The translations under genes were made by a program, and so were the position numbers. Shown piece after piece: positions 17,596 to 26,420 of a DNA stretch of 64,000 nt. Numbering within the stretch: position 1 is the stretch's first letter; every line of letters starts with the position of its first letter. This DNA is from a virus (taxonomy: Duplodnaviria; Caudoviricetes). The notes beneath the pieces are model-generated. The model searched no databases and was not told where the DNA came from. It saw only the letters and a program-made list of their open reading frames with translations. Location of the stretch: IMG/VR virus record IMGVR_UViG_3300037455_000533, positions 998 to 64,997 of that record; one strand, given 5' to 3'.

Positions 17596-18051
17596 ATGGT
17601 AACAAGCATCCCAACTGAAGACTCAGAACAAATGGCTTTCGTAAGATGGCTAGACACTCAAGGTATCCCTTACTGGCATACCAACAACGAAATGTGGACA
17701 AAATCTTGGAAGCAAAAGAACAGGTCTAAAGCTATGGGAACTAAGTCAGGTATTCCTGACCTCTTTTTATGCTTTGATGGTAAGTTAATCGGCGTAGAGA
17801 TGAAGAGACAGAAGGGTGGAGTGGTATCACCAACACAGAAATACTGGGCAGCAATTCTAGGTGCGTCTGGAGTAGAAGTGTTTGTTTGTCGTGGTTGTCA
17901 GCACGCTATCGAGACAGTCACGGAACTTCTCAACTCTGTTGAGTATAATAAACTACCTCGAAGTGCGATTGAAAATGCTGAAAAATTACAGAAAATCGCA
18001 GAAAAACCACAAAAAACACTCAAAAAACCAAAAAATGACTGCCCGTTTTAA
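17596..18051 (+). CDS. VRR-NUC domain endonuclease (resolvase-like); start at MVTSIP
   Basis: SGIPDL and VEMKRQKGGVVSPTQKYW PD-(D/E)xK motifs; TGTTATACT-N6-ATG. Confidence 0.85.
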   Translation: MVTSIPTEDSEQMAFVRWLDTQGIPYWHTNNEMWTKSWKQKNRSKAMGTKSGIPDLFLCFDGKLIGVEMKRQKGGVVSPTQKYWAAILGASGVEVFVCRGCQHAIETVTELLNSVEYNKLPRSAIENAEKLQKIAEKPQKTLKKPKNDCPF

Positions 18052-18066
18052 TGCTACAATGGGGGT

Positions 18067-19623
18067 ATGGAAAATAATGTTGTTAACTTAGACGAGCAGA
18101 AGGAGAACAAAGAAGAGTTCTCAAACGCTTCTATGATTGGCGAGGCACACAAACAGCCAGACTATCATCCTGATGCTGACATCTTAATGGAAATGATAAT
18201 GGCAGACGCTTGTGGTGGTGACAACTGTTCTAAATCATTTAAGATCTTGGGTAAGGACCAGATTGCGTATGGCGTTCAGTATCTTGCTGATAACCTACCT
18301 GCAGTTCAGTTCGTTTCTCAGTTTTATCTTGAACTTATTGTCCACGGTGGGCTCGTAGCGAAGGACGCTTCAAACCAGAAGAAACTCGATACTTGGTTGA
18401 AGTCAAAGAACTACACAGGTGAGACTAACGGTAACGTTATCCGTGAAGCACTACACCACTCAATTATTTATGGCTACTCTGGCCTTCGTAAGATTGGTGA
18501 CACCGTTTCGTTTGTCCCATCAAACCACTTCCGTATTTGGAATATGCCAGCAACTATGAAGGGCAAAAATGGCGAGACCAGACCAATCCCTGGTATCCAA
18601 GCACCTATCGTATATGAGATTAAACTTAAAACTGATATGGGTATTGAGAAGAAGGAAGAAGAACGTCCGAACGAATTCTTACCAGACAATGAGAAGTATA
18701 CGCTTAAGTCACTCATCAAAGACAGAGAGTGGATTGAAGGTGTGGACGGTTCATTCTTTGCTGATGACGATAAAGACGGTGCAACCACAGACGATGTCTT
18801 TGTATTTAAGGACGACTTCTGTCACCTCCGTCATTCAGACGATGGTGAATATGGTCGTTCTCCTCTTACAAAGGACCGTCTCAGAACCACTTTGATTGTT
18901 GATTATATTAAAAACGTCATTGATGAGGTCGGCAACGATGGTACAGATTATATGATGTATCTCAAGTCACGAGGTGCTGCTGGCTCATCACTTACTTCTA
19001 TGCTTTCAATTTCAACTGCAGACTCAAACATTAAAGCAGCAGTCGATGGTAAACAAGTTAAAGCTGCTAACGAAAAGCAGATGGAAATTGCAAAGAAACT
19101 CGCAGCTAAACTAAAACGTACCGCTAAAACTCGTTTTGCTATCATCTCACAAGAATGGGTTGAGAAGATTGAGAAGCTCGAAGGAACAGTACACCTTCCA
19201 GAATACCTCTCAATTCTTAATAACGCTAAAGCAACCATTGCAGATATCTATGGTATCCCAGCAATGCTCGCTGGCACAGATGGTGGTGGTTGGTCAACTG
19301 GTATGTCTGCTTTGATTCCATTTACACTTGAACGTACAATCAAGCCATTCCAGCAACGCTACGCAGAACAGCTCTCAGATATTATTGATGCTTGTGCTGG
19401 TATTAAAGGCGGTGTTAAATTCCAAGAAGTCGACTGGTCTGACGAACGTGAACGTGCTGAGATTGATAAGATCAAGGCTGAGACCGAGAAACTTCTCGCT
19501 GAAGCAAACAAAGGTAAGGCAGAAGAACTCAAAGTTGCTAAGGAAACTCGTCTTATGACTAAACAAACACAACAGCAACAAACACAGCCACAAAACAATA
19601 AAAAATCTACACAGAAAAAGTAG
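18067..19623 (+). CDS. Portal protein
   Basis: 518 aa; IREALHHSIIYGYSG, HLRHS, IADIYGIPAMLAG and TIKPFQQRYAEQLS match the portal motif order. Confidence 0.75.
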   Translation: MENNVVNLDEQKENKEEFSNASMIGEAHKQPDYHPDADILMEMIMADACGGDNCSKSFKILGKDQIAYGVQYLADNLPAVQFVSQFYLELIVHGGLVAKDASNQKKLDTWLKSKNYTGETNGNVIREALHHSIIYGYSGLRKIGDTVSFVPSNHFRIWNMPATMKGKNGETRPIPGIQAPIVYEIKLKTDMGIEKKEEERPNEFLPDNEKYTLKSLIKDREWIEGVDGSFFADDDKDGATTDDVFVFKDDFCHLRHSDDGEYGRSPLTKDRLRTTLIVDYIKNVIDEVGNDGTDYMMYLKSRGAAGSSLTSMLSISTADSNIKAAVDGKQVKAANEKQMEIAKKLAAKLKRTAKTRFAIISQEWVEKIEKLEGTVHLPEYLSILNNAKATIADIYGIPAMLAGTDGGGWSTGMSALIPFTLERTIKPFQQRYAEQLSDIIDACAGIKGGVKFQEVDWSDERERAEIDKIKAETEKLLAEANKGKAEELKVAKETRLMTKQTQQQQTQPQNNKKSTQKK

Positions 19624-19660
19624 ATATAATTAAGTTAACAATTTAAAAGAGGAACTATAT

Positions 19661-20290
19661 ATGTCTCCAGACACACAAGATATGATGGAAGCCATCAAAA
19701 ACGGTATTGAAAACAACGCTACAGAAGCACCTGCAATGAGTATCGACCCGAAGACTCAGCAAGTTTCTGTTGTTGGCGACCCAAACAAAATCGACGAAAC
19801 TAAAGGCGATTACAAGATTAAGTTTGTTTATTCAGAAGAAGATCTTTCAGAAGATGACAAAGCAAAGATGAAAAAGAATGAGAACGGTGAGTACGAAGCT
19901 GTTATGACATACACAAACAAGCGTGTTAAACCTCTCCACCGTACAAAAGTTGCTATGGTTCTTGCTAAGATCCTAGCCGCTTCAGGTGTTTTGCTTGAAG
20001 ATGGTTCATATACAACTGACACAATCTCCCGCAAGACTGAAGAGATCTTCATAAACCAAGTAGATGACCTTGCAGAGATTGCAAAGATTGTTCTTGATAT
20101 CCCTGAACCACAACTTGGATACATCGATGCTTACGGATTAATCGATTTCTTCCTTCAACTTCTTGCTAATGAGCCAAACATCGTCAAGGAGTCAGCAAGT
20201 TTTTTAGAGCCGTCGTTGATTCAGAGCTTAGCAAAGATGATGATCGAGCAAGAAAAGACAGCCAAGCCAACAAATACTCAGCAAAACTAG
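19661..20290 (+). CDS. Tail assembly chaperone (gpG-like)
   Basis: Contains the T-TTT-TTA slippery heptamer at 20200-20206, leading into an open -1 frame. Confidence 0.7.
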   Translation: MSPDTQDMMEAIKNGIENNATEAPAMSIDPKTQQVSVVGDPNKIDETKGDYKIKFVYSEEDLSEDDKAKMKKNENGEYEAVMTYTNKRVKPLHRTKVAMVLAKILAASGVLLEDGSYTTDTISRKTEEIFINQVDDLAEIAKIVLDIPEPQLGYIDAYGLIDFFLQLLANEPNIVKESASFLEPSLIQSLAKMMIEQEKTAKPTNTQQN

Positions 20291-20619
20291 ACCTATGGTC
20301 AAGTATGGCATACTTCGTAGCGAAGGAGCTTCACAAGCGTCCACTTGATATTCTTACCACGTGGAACTGTGAAGAACTCCTTGTTGCGTATGGTTTCTAT
20401 GCTAACATCCACGCTCGTGAGAGTTATGAGATGATGTCTCCAAAGGATAGAGCACAGCATAAAGATGCAGACGGACGTCCTGCACCTCTACAATGGTATG
20501 ACCGTTGGGCAGTTCTCTTTGTCACACCTGAACAGATGTCAGAACTCGCTAAGGATACTGAGAACAGGACAAACAAAGATGAACTCTCGAAAGCAGCTGA
20601 GATATTCTTTGGTAATTAA
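20200..20619 (+). CDS. -1 frameshift extension of the chaperone (gpGT-like); includes track ORF 20305..20619
   Basis: The -1 frame is open from 20173 to the stop at 20619 (FRAVVDSELSKDDDRARK...LWSSMAYFVAKEL); ATG 20305 has no RBS. Confidence 0.75.
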   Translation, partial: FFRAVVDSELSKDDDRARKDSQANKYSAKLDLWSSMAYFVAKELHKRPLDILTTWNCEELLVAYGFYANIHARESYEMMSPKDRAQHKDADGRPAPLQWYDRWAVLFVTPEQMSELAKDTENRTNKDELSKAAEIFFGN

Positions 20620-20659
20620 AAGTGTTGACATTTTATTATATATATAGTAAGATGGTTAA

Positions 20660-21014
20660 TAAGAGGCTAACAGTCTCCTTGTAATATTTATATGTTACAC
20701 CTACCCATATTGGTAATACTTCTACCAAATAAATGAAGATAGTACATCCACATCGTGTAACAGGTATTGCAAACTAAAGGTTATTTACAATTCATAAGTT
20801 CTATGATTATTATCTTCCAACTTAATAATCAGAAAGATTGAATAAATGCTTATTGCTTATTGTTTAAGAAGCGTATGATTAATCCATACATATTAATGTT
20901 TATCGTGAAAAATGACAAATTATAGTCAAGACAGTAGCACTTAATTGTATATGGTATACACAGATTATCTTTTGCATTAAATAGTCTACTCAGTGCTACT
21001 ACTGTTAGCCCCTT
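20660..21014 (+). ncRNA. Candidate ~355-nt multibranch ncRNA co-transcribed with tRNA-Cys
   Basis: Promoter TTGACA-N17-TAAGAT (20625-20653); closing helix 20661-74/21001-14; at least seven internal helices; no ORF in track. Confidence 0.65.
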
Positions 21015-21017
21015 GAT

Positions 21018-21091
21018 GGCCTTGTGGCAGAGAAGTTATGCAGCGGTCTGCAAAACCGTGTACTCCAGTGCGATTCTGGGCGAGGCCTCCA
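21018..21091 (+). tRNA. tRNA-Cys(GCA)
   Basis: Acceptor GGCCTTG/CGAGGCC plus T-CCA; anticodon arm GCGGT-CTGCAAA-ACCGT; T arm TCCAG-TGCGATT-CTGGG. Confidence 0.92.
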
Positions 21092-21126
21092 TAAATATAC
21101 ACTCCACATTTAATGATATTTCCATT

Positions 21127-21156
21127 AAACGACCTCCATTCCCAGGGTCGTTTTTT
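21127..21156 (+). terminator. Intrinsic terminator after the tRNA
   Basis: AAACGACC/GGTCGTTT stem plus T run. Confidence 0.7.
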
Positions 21157-21183
21157 GGTTTTTAATTATGTTACAAATTATTA

Positions 21184-21212
21184 TTGACAAATAAGCATAG
21201 GTTTGGTATAAT
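21184..21212 (+). promoter_or_regulatory. Sigma70-type promoter of the early small-gene operon
   Basis: TTGACA-N17-TATAAT. Confidence 0.85.
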
Positions 21213-21307
21213 CATTTACAAGGTAAGGCAAGGCGACCTGCGGTAATGAGCAAAGGCCAACCGTCGAAAGAGCTAAGGGAAAGTTAATAAAGAGAGGAAC
21301 GATAAGG

Positions 21308-21574
21308 ATGTTTAAATTTATGTCTAATCGTAAACGCCAGCGTAAGCTTGAGTTCCAAGACTGGTTCGATGAACTAGATGATGAATCTCAGCAAGAAACC
21401 GCTGTCAAATATCTTCGTAAACTCGATAATTTCTCTCTCAAAAGGTTATACGCAGCTGTAGATCTATACAGGAAAGGCGATAACGAATTGAGGAAGGTCA
21501 AAGAGCCAGAAGATGATAAGCCATCTGAAGAACCAGATGACGATACAAATTTCGTTGAAACAAATAATAAATAA
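21308..21574 (+). CDS. Hypothetical protein
   Basis: 88-aa ORF with purine-rich RBS. Confidence 0.7.
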   Translation: MFKFMSNRKRQRKLEFQDWFDELDDESQQETAVKYLRKLDNFSLKRLYAAVDLYRKGDNELRKVKEPEDDKPSEEPDDDTNFVETNNK

Positions 21575-21589
21575 CATAGGAGGCATATT

Positions 21590-22147
21590 TTGAGTGGAAC
21601 TATGGCTGGTGGTAAAAAAGCCGCCGACACCAATAAGTCAAGGTATGGCAAGGACTTCTATAGCAATATCGGTAAAATTGGGGGGTCGAAAGGAACTACA
21701 GGAGGCTTCGCATACGGAGATAATGGCAAGAGATTTGGAAAACTAGGTGGAGCAATGAGCCACAGGTCAAGACAAATTGATATTAACAAGCCATTGAAGC
21801 AGGGGGAAATGGATATCCTGATTAAGTTATCTTACAGGGTACTCGGTACACTTAGATTAAATGGAGTCATAGACGTTGGCGAAGAACAAAAGTATAAGTT
21901 AACGCTATGGGATCTCGCTGGACAGAATGAATGGAAACGAATCTTCACGGATCTTGGAATCGGTTCAGCAGTAGAAATAGCTTGGGTTGTAGTCATAGCA
22001 GACGAGCTACATAAATATAAGAATAAGTTTATACAAGAATATGACACAGGCATCAAGGTTTTGTCTGAAGAAGAACTTGAAGAGTTCAAAAACCTTAACA
22101 ACCTTCGCAAGGCATTCGAGCTTGTGACAGGACGTAAGATTAAATAA
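21590..22147 (+). CDS. KGG-motif (general stress protein-like) N-terminus fused to an unknown domain
   Basis: GGKKAADTNKSRYGKDFYSNIGKIGGSKG...GKLGG; GGAGG RBS. Confidence 0.7.
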   Translation: MSGTMAGGKKAADTNKSRYGKDFYSNIGKIGGSKGTTGGFAYGDNGKRFGKLGGAMSHRSRQIDINKPLKQGEMDILIKLSYRVLGTLRLNGVIDVGEEQKYKLTLWDLAGQNEWKRIFTDLGIGSAVEIAWVVVIADELHKYKNKFIQEYDTGIKVLSEEELEEFKNLNNLRKAFELVTGRKIK

Positions 22148-22156
22148 GGAGACACT

Positions 22157-23002
22157 ATGTCAGCAAGAAAGATTACTCGAGAAAACTACCAAATCATTAA
22201 GAGATATGCAGAAACTCACACTCCAGATGAGACTGTCAGGAGATTTAATATCTCACCAGCTACAGTAAGTAGCATTAAGAAAGAGCCAGACTTTGACTCT
22301 TACGTTAACCTCTTAAAGGGTTACGCACAGAATAACTATGCTAAACGCCATCGTTCATCAGCACAAAACCTTCGTGAAGATGGACCATTTGGTAAATACG
22401 CAAATCCTGTACATAAACCACAAGAACTTTCCTCACCTTTTTCCGATTTGATGAACAAGCCGTTTGGTATTGATAAAGAACAACCAGTTGCTAAGGCTAA
22501 GAGACCTTATAAGAAACATCGTAGTGACTACGTCAAAAAACTTGACAATGAACAGTTTGCTAAAGCACTTGAATTAGCACCTACAGGTCTCACTCGTACA
22601 GAAATTGCAGAGAAAATCGGCCTTTCATACACACAATTCTCACAACGTATTCGTAGAAGCAAGACACAGACAGAACGCTTTGATGAAGAGTTCGAGAAAG
22701 GTAAAAGCATCCGCAACGCTAAACGTCGTGCTTGGCTCGTAGCTGGACTTGAAGCAAAGGGTTGCAAGAGTGCTCCTATCACTTCAAAGAAGAAAGCAGA
22801 AAAGAAAGAAGAACCTGTAGTAAAGGTTGTCAAGGCTTGTGAACCTACTTGTGAAGAGAAACGCTTTACTAAAGTTCCAGAAGATGCAGAGTTGATTTAT
22901 GCTAAAGGTTTGGTATTCTTAGAGAAAGCAGTAGGTGTATCTACTCTTATCGCAACATTGGCTGTATCAGCGGCTATCGTAGCACAAACATTTTTTAAAT
23001 AG
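22157..23002 (+). CDS. Double-HTH protein with C-terminal hydrophobic anchor
   Basis: ETVRRFNISPATVSSI and TRTEIAEKIGLSYTQFS; terminal AVGVSTLIATLAVSAAIVAQ. Confidence 0.6.
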   Translation: MSARKITRENYQIIKRYAETHTPDETVRRFNISPATVSSIKKEPDFDSYVNLLKGYAQNNYAKRHRSSAQNLREDGPFGKYANPVHKPQELSSPFSDLMNKPFGIDKEQPVAKAKRPYKKHRSDYVKKLDNEQFAKALELAPTGLTRTEIAEKIGLSYTQFSQRIRRSKTQTERFDEEFEKGKSIRNAKRRAWLVAGLEAKGCKSAPITSKKKAEKKEEPVVKVVKACEPTCEEKRFTKVPEDAELIYAKGLVFLEKAVGVSTLIATLAVSAAIVAQTFFK

Positions 23003-23012
23003 AAGGAGGCAT

Positions 23013-23255
23013 ATGGTTTTAACAGGTTGGTCAGCATTCTGGCTATCACTTGGAGCTGTAATCATTATCGTATCACTTATTGACGCTATAAAAGGTGCGT
23101 ATGTTATGCATACAATCTTCAAATGTATTGATAAGATCTGCAATGCCACAGCTAACACCAAAGAAAAAAGAAAAGCTCTGGAGAAGCTGAACACTATTCT
23201 TAAAGAAACAGAGATGGCGTTCGAATTAGAGGACGAAGATGACTATAACGATTAA
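23013..23255 (+). CDS. Small membrane protein
   Basis: GGAGG RBS; N-terminal hydrophobic helix. Confidence 0.65.
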   Translation: MVLTGWSAFWLSLGAVIIIVSLIDAIKGAYVMHTIFKCIDKICNATANTKEKRKALEKLNTILKETEMAFELEDEDDYND

Positions 23256-23406
23256 ACTAACTGAAGACCAGTTGGATACCGTTATATATGAACTCAATCA
23301 GGGGTTGTTGGGTGACAATGACCCCTATGAGCGAAAACTTAAAACAATAATTAAGAAACTCGAGGAGGCTAAAGAAAATGGCAAAGGAATTAACAAAAAG
23401 GGATAA
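23239..23406 (+). CDS. Hypothetical 55-aa protein (not in ORF track)
   Basis: MTITIKLTEDQLDTVIYELNQG...; fills the gap and overlaps both neighbours. Confidence 0.55.
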   Translation: MTITIKLTEDQLDTVIYELNQGLLGDNDPYERKLKTIIKKLEEAKENGKGINKKG

Positions 23407-23635
23407 GATAGCTAAACAACTTCTCATCGAATATCTTGAACAAGATACGGATGAACGTTTGTGGCAAGCCGTTAATAATTTTGGTAAGCTATATGGTTTA
23501 ACAAGCCACTTCCTTATGACTTCGCACACTATTCCAGCTGACGCAAAGGACTTGTGGTTCCAAGAATCAGACAGAATCCTTGAAGATAACAGGCGTAGAA
23601 ACGAAGCTAAGGAAAAAAATGAAAGTAAAAAATAA
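23378..23635 (+). CDS. Hypothetical protein
   Basis: GGAGG RBS, 85 aa. Confidence 0.7.
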   Translation: MAKELTKRDKIAKQLLIEYLEQDTDERLWQAVNNFGKLYGLTSHFLMTSHTIPADAKDLWFQESDRILEDNRRRNEAKEKNESKK

Positions 23636-23867
23636 CGATAAAATTAAGTACACTAAAGAACCAGATAACCGTTTATTGGAAGACGCTATCGCAGAAAGTG
23701 TAGATGAACATCTTATGAGTATCTACAATCTATATGCAGAAGCACACCCTGAATGGGTTGCTACAACTATGGCAATCTTCGTCAATGAAGATGGCAGCGT
23801 CACTACTGGTTTCCGTGTTCTAGAGACAAAAGGAGATAAGGATGGCAAAGAAGAAGAAGGACGTTAA
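23619..23867 (+). CDS. Hypothetical protein (start at MKVKNN)
   Basis: AAGGA RBS; overlaps neighbours. Confidence 0.6.
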   Translation: MKVKNNDKIKYTKEPDNRLLEDAIAESVDEHLMSIYNLYAEAHPEWVATTMAIFVNEDGSVTTGFRVLETKGDKDGKEEEGR

Positions 23868-24423
23868 TATCCACATTGTATGTGTAGATATGGACGGAGT
23901 ATTGGCAGACTGCACTCATCGCCTCAAGTATGCAGAGAAGAAAGACTACGAGAAGTTCTACTCGGAAGAAGAGATGATGAAAGATGAGCCAATCGCTGCC
24001 AACATTAACACAATTAACGCTATGACGTCAGCTATGCAACGTGTATCAGGTGAAGGCAAAGGTTTAGACGCCTGTCTCGTTGTAGCACTCAGCGGACGTC
24101 CACAGCGTACTGTGTCGACCACCAAGAAATGGATGAAGAAATATAATTCTGGATTTGAAAATGCCATAGATATCTGGGCATTCCGTAGAGACCACGACTT
24201 TAGACCATCTGAAGTCGTTAAAGCAGAAGGCGTTATGAACGTCCTTGCTACTATCGATAAGTACTACAGCGACGATAATGACGCAAATGTACACGCTTCA
24301 TTCACCATCATTGATGACGATCCAAAGAATGTTAAAGCTATCAAAGAAGAGGTGAAGAAGAATGTTCCTTCACTTACAGACAACGCATTCTGTTGTCTTA
24401 CTGTAGGTACAAACAGACTTTAA
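23842..24423 (+). CDS. HAD-superfamily phosphatase (polynucleotide kinase-phosphatase / nucleotidase-like)
   Basis: VDMDGVLAD motif I, LSGRP motif II, K in SEVVK, IIDDD motif IV. Confidence 0.8.
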   Translation: MAKKKKDVNIHIVCVDMDGVLADCTHRLKYAEKKDYEKFYSEEEMMKDEPIAANINTINAMTSAMQRVSGEGKGLDACLVVALSGRPQRTVSTTKKWMKKYNSGFENAIDIWAFRRDHDFRPSEVVKAEGVMNVLATIDKYYSDDNDANVHASFTIIDDDPKNVKAIKEEVKKNVPSLTDNAFCCLTVGTNRL

Positions 24424-24701
24424 TGGTTACGAGCAGAATATTTACTGCGTAAGATTACACGCATAGTAAAGCTGCTGCCAGACGGATTAACAACTGTTAA
24501 TTCGTGCACACCACCATAAGATCCTGAGGCGTTGAAGAAGTTTTCCTTCAACGTCTCATTTTCGTCTATACAAGAAAGAAGATTATACCATTTACCAGTT
24601 TCACGGCTTGGAAAGATACCGTCTCCTGCTGAGTCTGGGAGCGGATATTGTCTGTTCAAACTATCTGAGATATCTTGTCCGTCTAAATATACTCTTATCA
24701 T
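24420..24701 (-). CDS. Hypothetical, probably virion, protein (start at MIRVYL), leaderless
   Basis: TATAAT-N6-ATG at 24713-24701; in frame with the 24420..24821 track ORF. Confidence 0.6.
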   Translation of the reverse strand: MIRVYLDGQDISDSLNRQYPLPDSAGDGIFPSRETGKWYNLLSCIDENETLKENFFNASGSYGGVHELTVVNPSGSSFTMRVILRSKYSARNH

Positions 24702-24752
24702 ACCTTCATTATAATAAAAAACACAGATGATTTTTTTACTTATAATGATGTT

Positions 24753-26420
24753 ATGGAAAAGAGAAAGACGATTTATTACGAGTTCTGGAAGATTAAAGGC
24801 TACACTGACAGCCTTGTCCACACAGGCACTCGCACTGTAGGCTCAAACAACACCATCACAACAGGGGTAGACACTGTGCCAACTGCTACTATTACCATTC
24901 CTATGGAAGACTTACCAGCAGAGGAGATTAAGGACGGCAAGGAGCCTAACCTCTCTCTGTACAAGATTAAAATCTTCTACCAAGCAGATGGTATTCAGAA
25001 GTATGTGTTCGTTGGCACAGTCGACAGTTTAAGTCTTGATTATGCTCACTACACTTGTACAATCAATCTTTCTCACAACGTCTCCCGTATGCGTGAATGG
25101 GTTATGCCTACAGGTTACACAGTTAAGGAGACAACTCTTTCACACGTTGTTGGTGCTAACGGGGCAGATCTTGGATATTCTTCAACGATGGGCGATGACA
25201 CACAGACATACGAAGCACGTGTTAACTTTACCTATAGAGATGGCGTTGAGAACACGCCGATCGAGATGTCTTTCTCTTCACAGAACAAACTCGCAGCTCT
25301 TACTGAGGTGCTCAACAACACTGAGTCAGTCCACTTTGTTGTTGATTTGTCAAAAGAAGACACGATTATTCTTGGAAAGTTTGGCGATTTGACCCCTGTA
25401 CTTATATCACCAAATGCATATTATGAGGAAGAATGTGTCAACCGTGACCAGTCTAACTTCGTGACTATGCTTACTGAGCCAGTATATAACGTAGATTATA
25501 CTAACCACTTCAACCGTGCAGTTGTTTTCTGTGGTGATGTCGCTGAAGACATTATGCATATGACTCTTAAAGAAGTGTACAATGACCCATCGTTACAGAT
25601 TGAAGGGTTCCCCGTAGGTATGTACGACAACGAGATTAACCTTCAGCCTGAGGCACAGTGGAAGCAGAGTGATAGTTCAGACAGGGTTCATAACACTTCT
25701 AAGATTAATAATGAGAAGATCTATAAGAACTACGAAGTCGTTGCATACGCAAATAATGATAACCGTGAGTACTACGTTACAGACCAACAGCAACTCGATG
25801 AAGACGGAGTAATATATCACACGGTGTTTAATTTCACTGACCTTTATCCTATCCCTGAACTTGAACGCAAAGAGAACGAAGATGACGAAGACTCGGAAAC
25901 GATTGAGTACGCTATCACAGACGACGACAGAAAAGCAATCGTACAGAGAGCATACTGGCGTGCTATCCGTAAATTAAAGGCACAACGTCCAGAACACGTC
26001 TGGCAGTTTAACTCTACACCTTTGCCTTACAACTTCCAAGATGGTCAGAAAGTATCATTTTACTTCGTCAAAAAAGTCTCGTCACGTGACGGAGACTGTG
26101 AACAAGGAGAGAAAACTATCGTACGTATTCAGAAAGACTTGTATCTTACTAAGCGTACAATCACGTTCGATGAAGAGTTAAATGAGATTAACACAATCAC
26201 TCTTGACATAGAGATTCGTCCAAGAGATATTTCTGATGCTGAGTGGATTCTTAGGACTAAAGCACAGTCTAACAGCAGTAATACAACAACAGAACCTACA
26301 ACTATCCCTCTCAACGATAGCAACAGGTTCAATTATAACTTCAACGAATCTACCCGTGATGACGTTAGAAATAGTGCTGGTGACTATAACTATAGTTTGA
26401 ACACCAGCACTCGTGACTAA
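24753..26420 (+). CDS. Tail hub / Tal-like baseplate protein
   Basis: 555 aa, beta-rich; SFSSQNKLAALTEVL and YTNHFNRAVVFCG resemble gp27-type hub motifs; next to the tape measure gene. Confidence 0.55.
   Translation: MEKRKTIYYEFWKIKGYTDSLVHTGTRTVGSNNTITTGVDTVPTATITIPMEDLPAEEIKDGKEPNLSLYKIKIFYQADGIQKYVFVGTVDSLSLDYAHYTCTINLSHNVSRMREWVMPTGYTVKETTLSHVVGANGADLGYSSTMGDDTQTYEARVNFTYRDGVENTPIEMSFSSQNKLAALTEVLNNTESVHFVVDLSKEDTIILGKFGDLTPVLISPNAYYEEECVNRDQSNFVTMLTEPVYNVDYTNHFNRAVVFCGDVAEDIMHMTLKEVYNDPSLQIEGFPVGMYDNEINLQPEAQWKQSDSSDRVHNTSKINNEKIYKNYEVVAYANNDNREYYVTDQQQLDEDGVIYHTVFNFTDLYPIPELERKENEDDEDSETIEYAITDDDRKAIVQRAYWRAIRKLKAQRPEHVWQFNSTPLPYNFQDGQKVSFYFVKKVSSRDGDCEQGEKTIVRIQKDLYLTKRTITFDEELNEINTITLDIEIRPRDISDAEWILRTKAQSNSSNTTTEPTTIPLNDSNRFNYNFNESTRDDVRNSAGDYNYSLNTSTRD

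Noticed and set aside
17177-21014. tmRNA, 6S, SRP or RNase P identity for the large RNAs
   Set aside because: No tRNA-like acceptor/CCA end or tag ORF, no RNase P P4 signature and no SRP loop recognised by eye. A covariance search is still needed.
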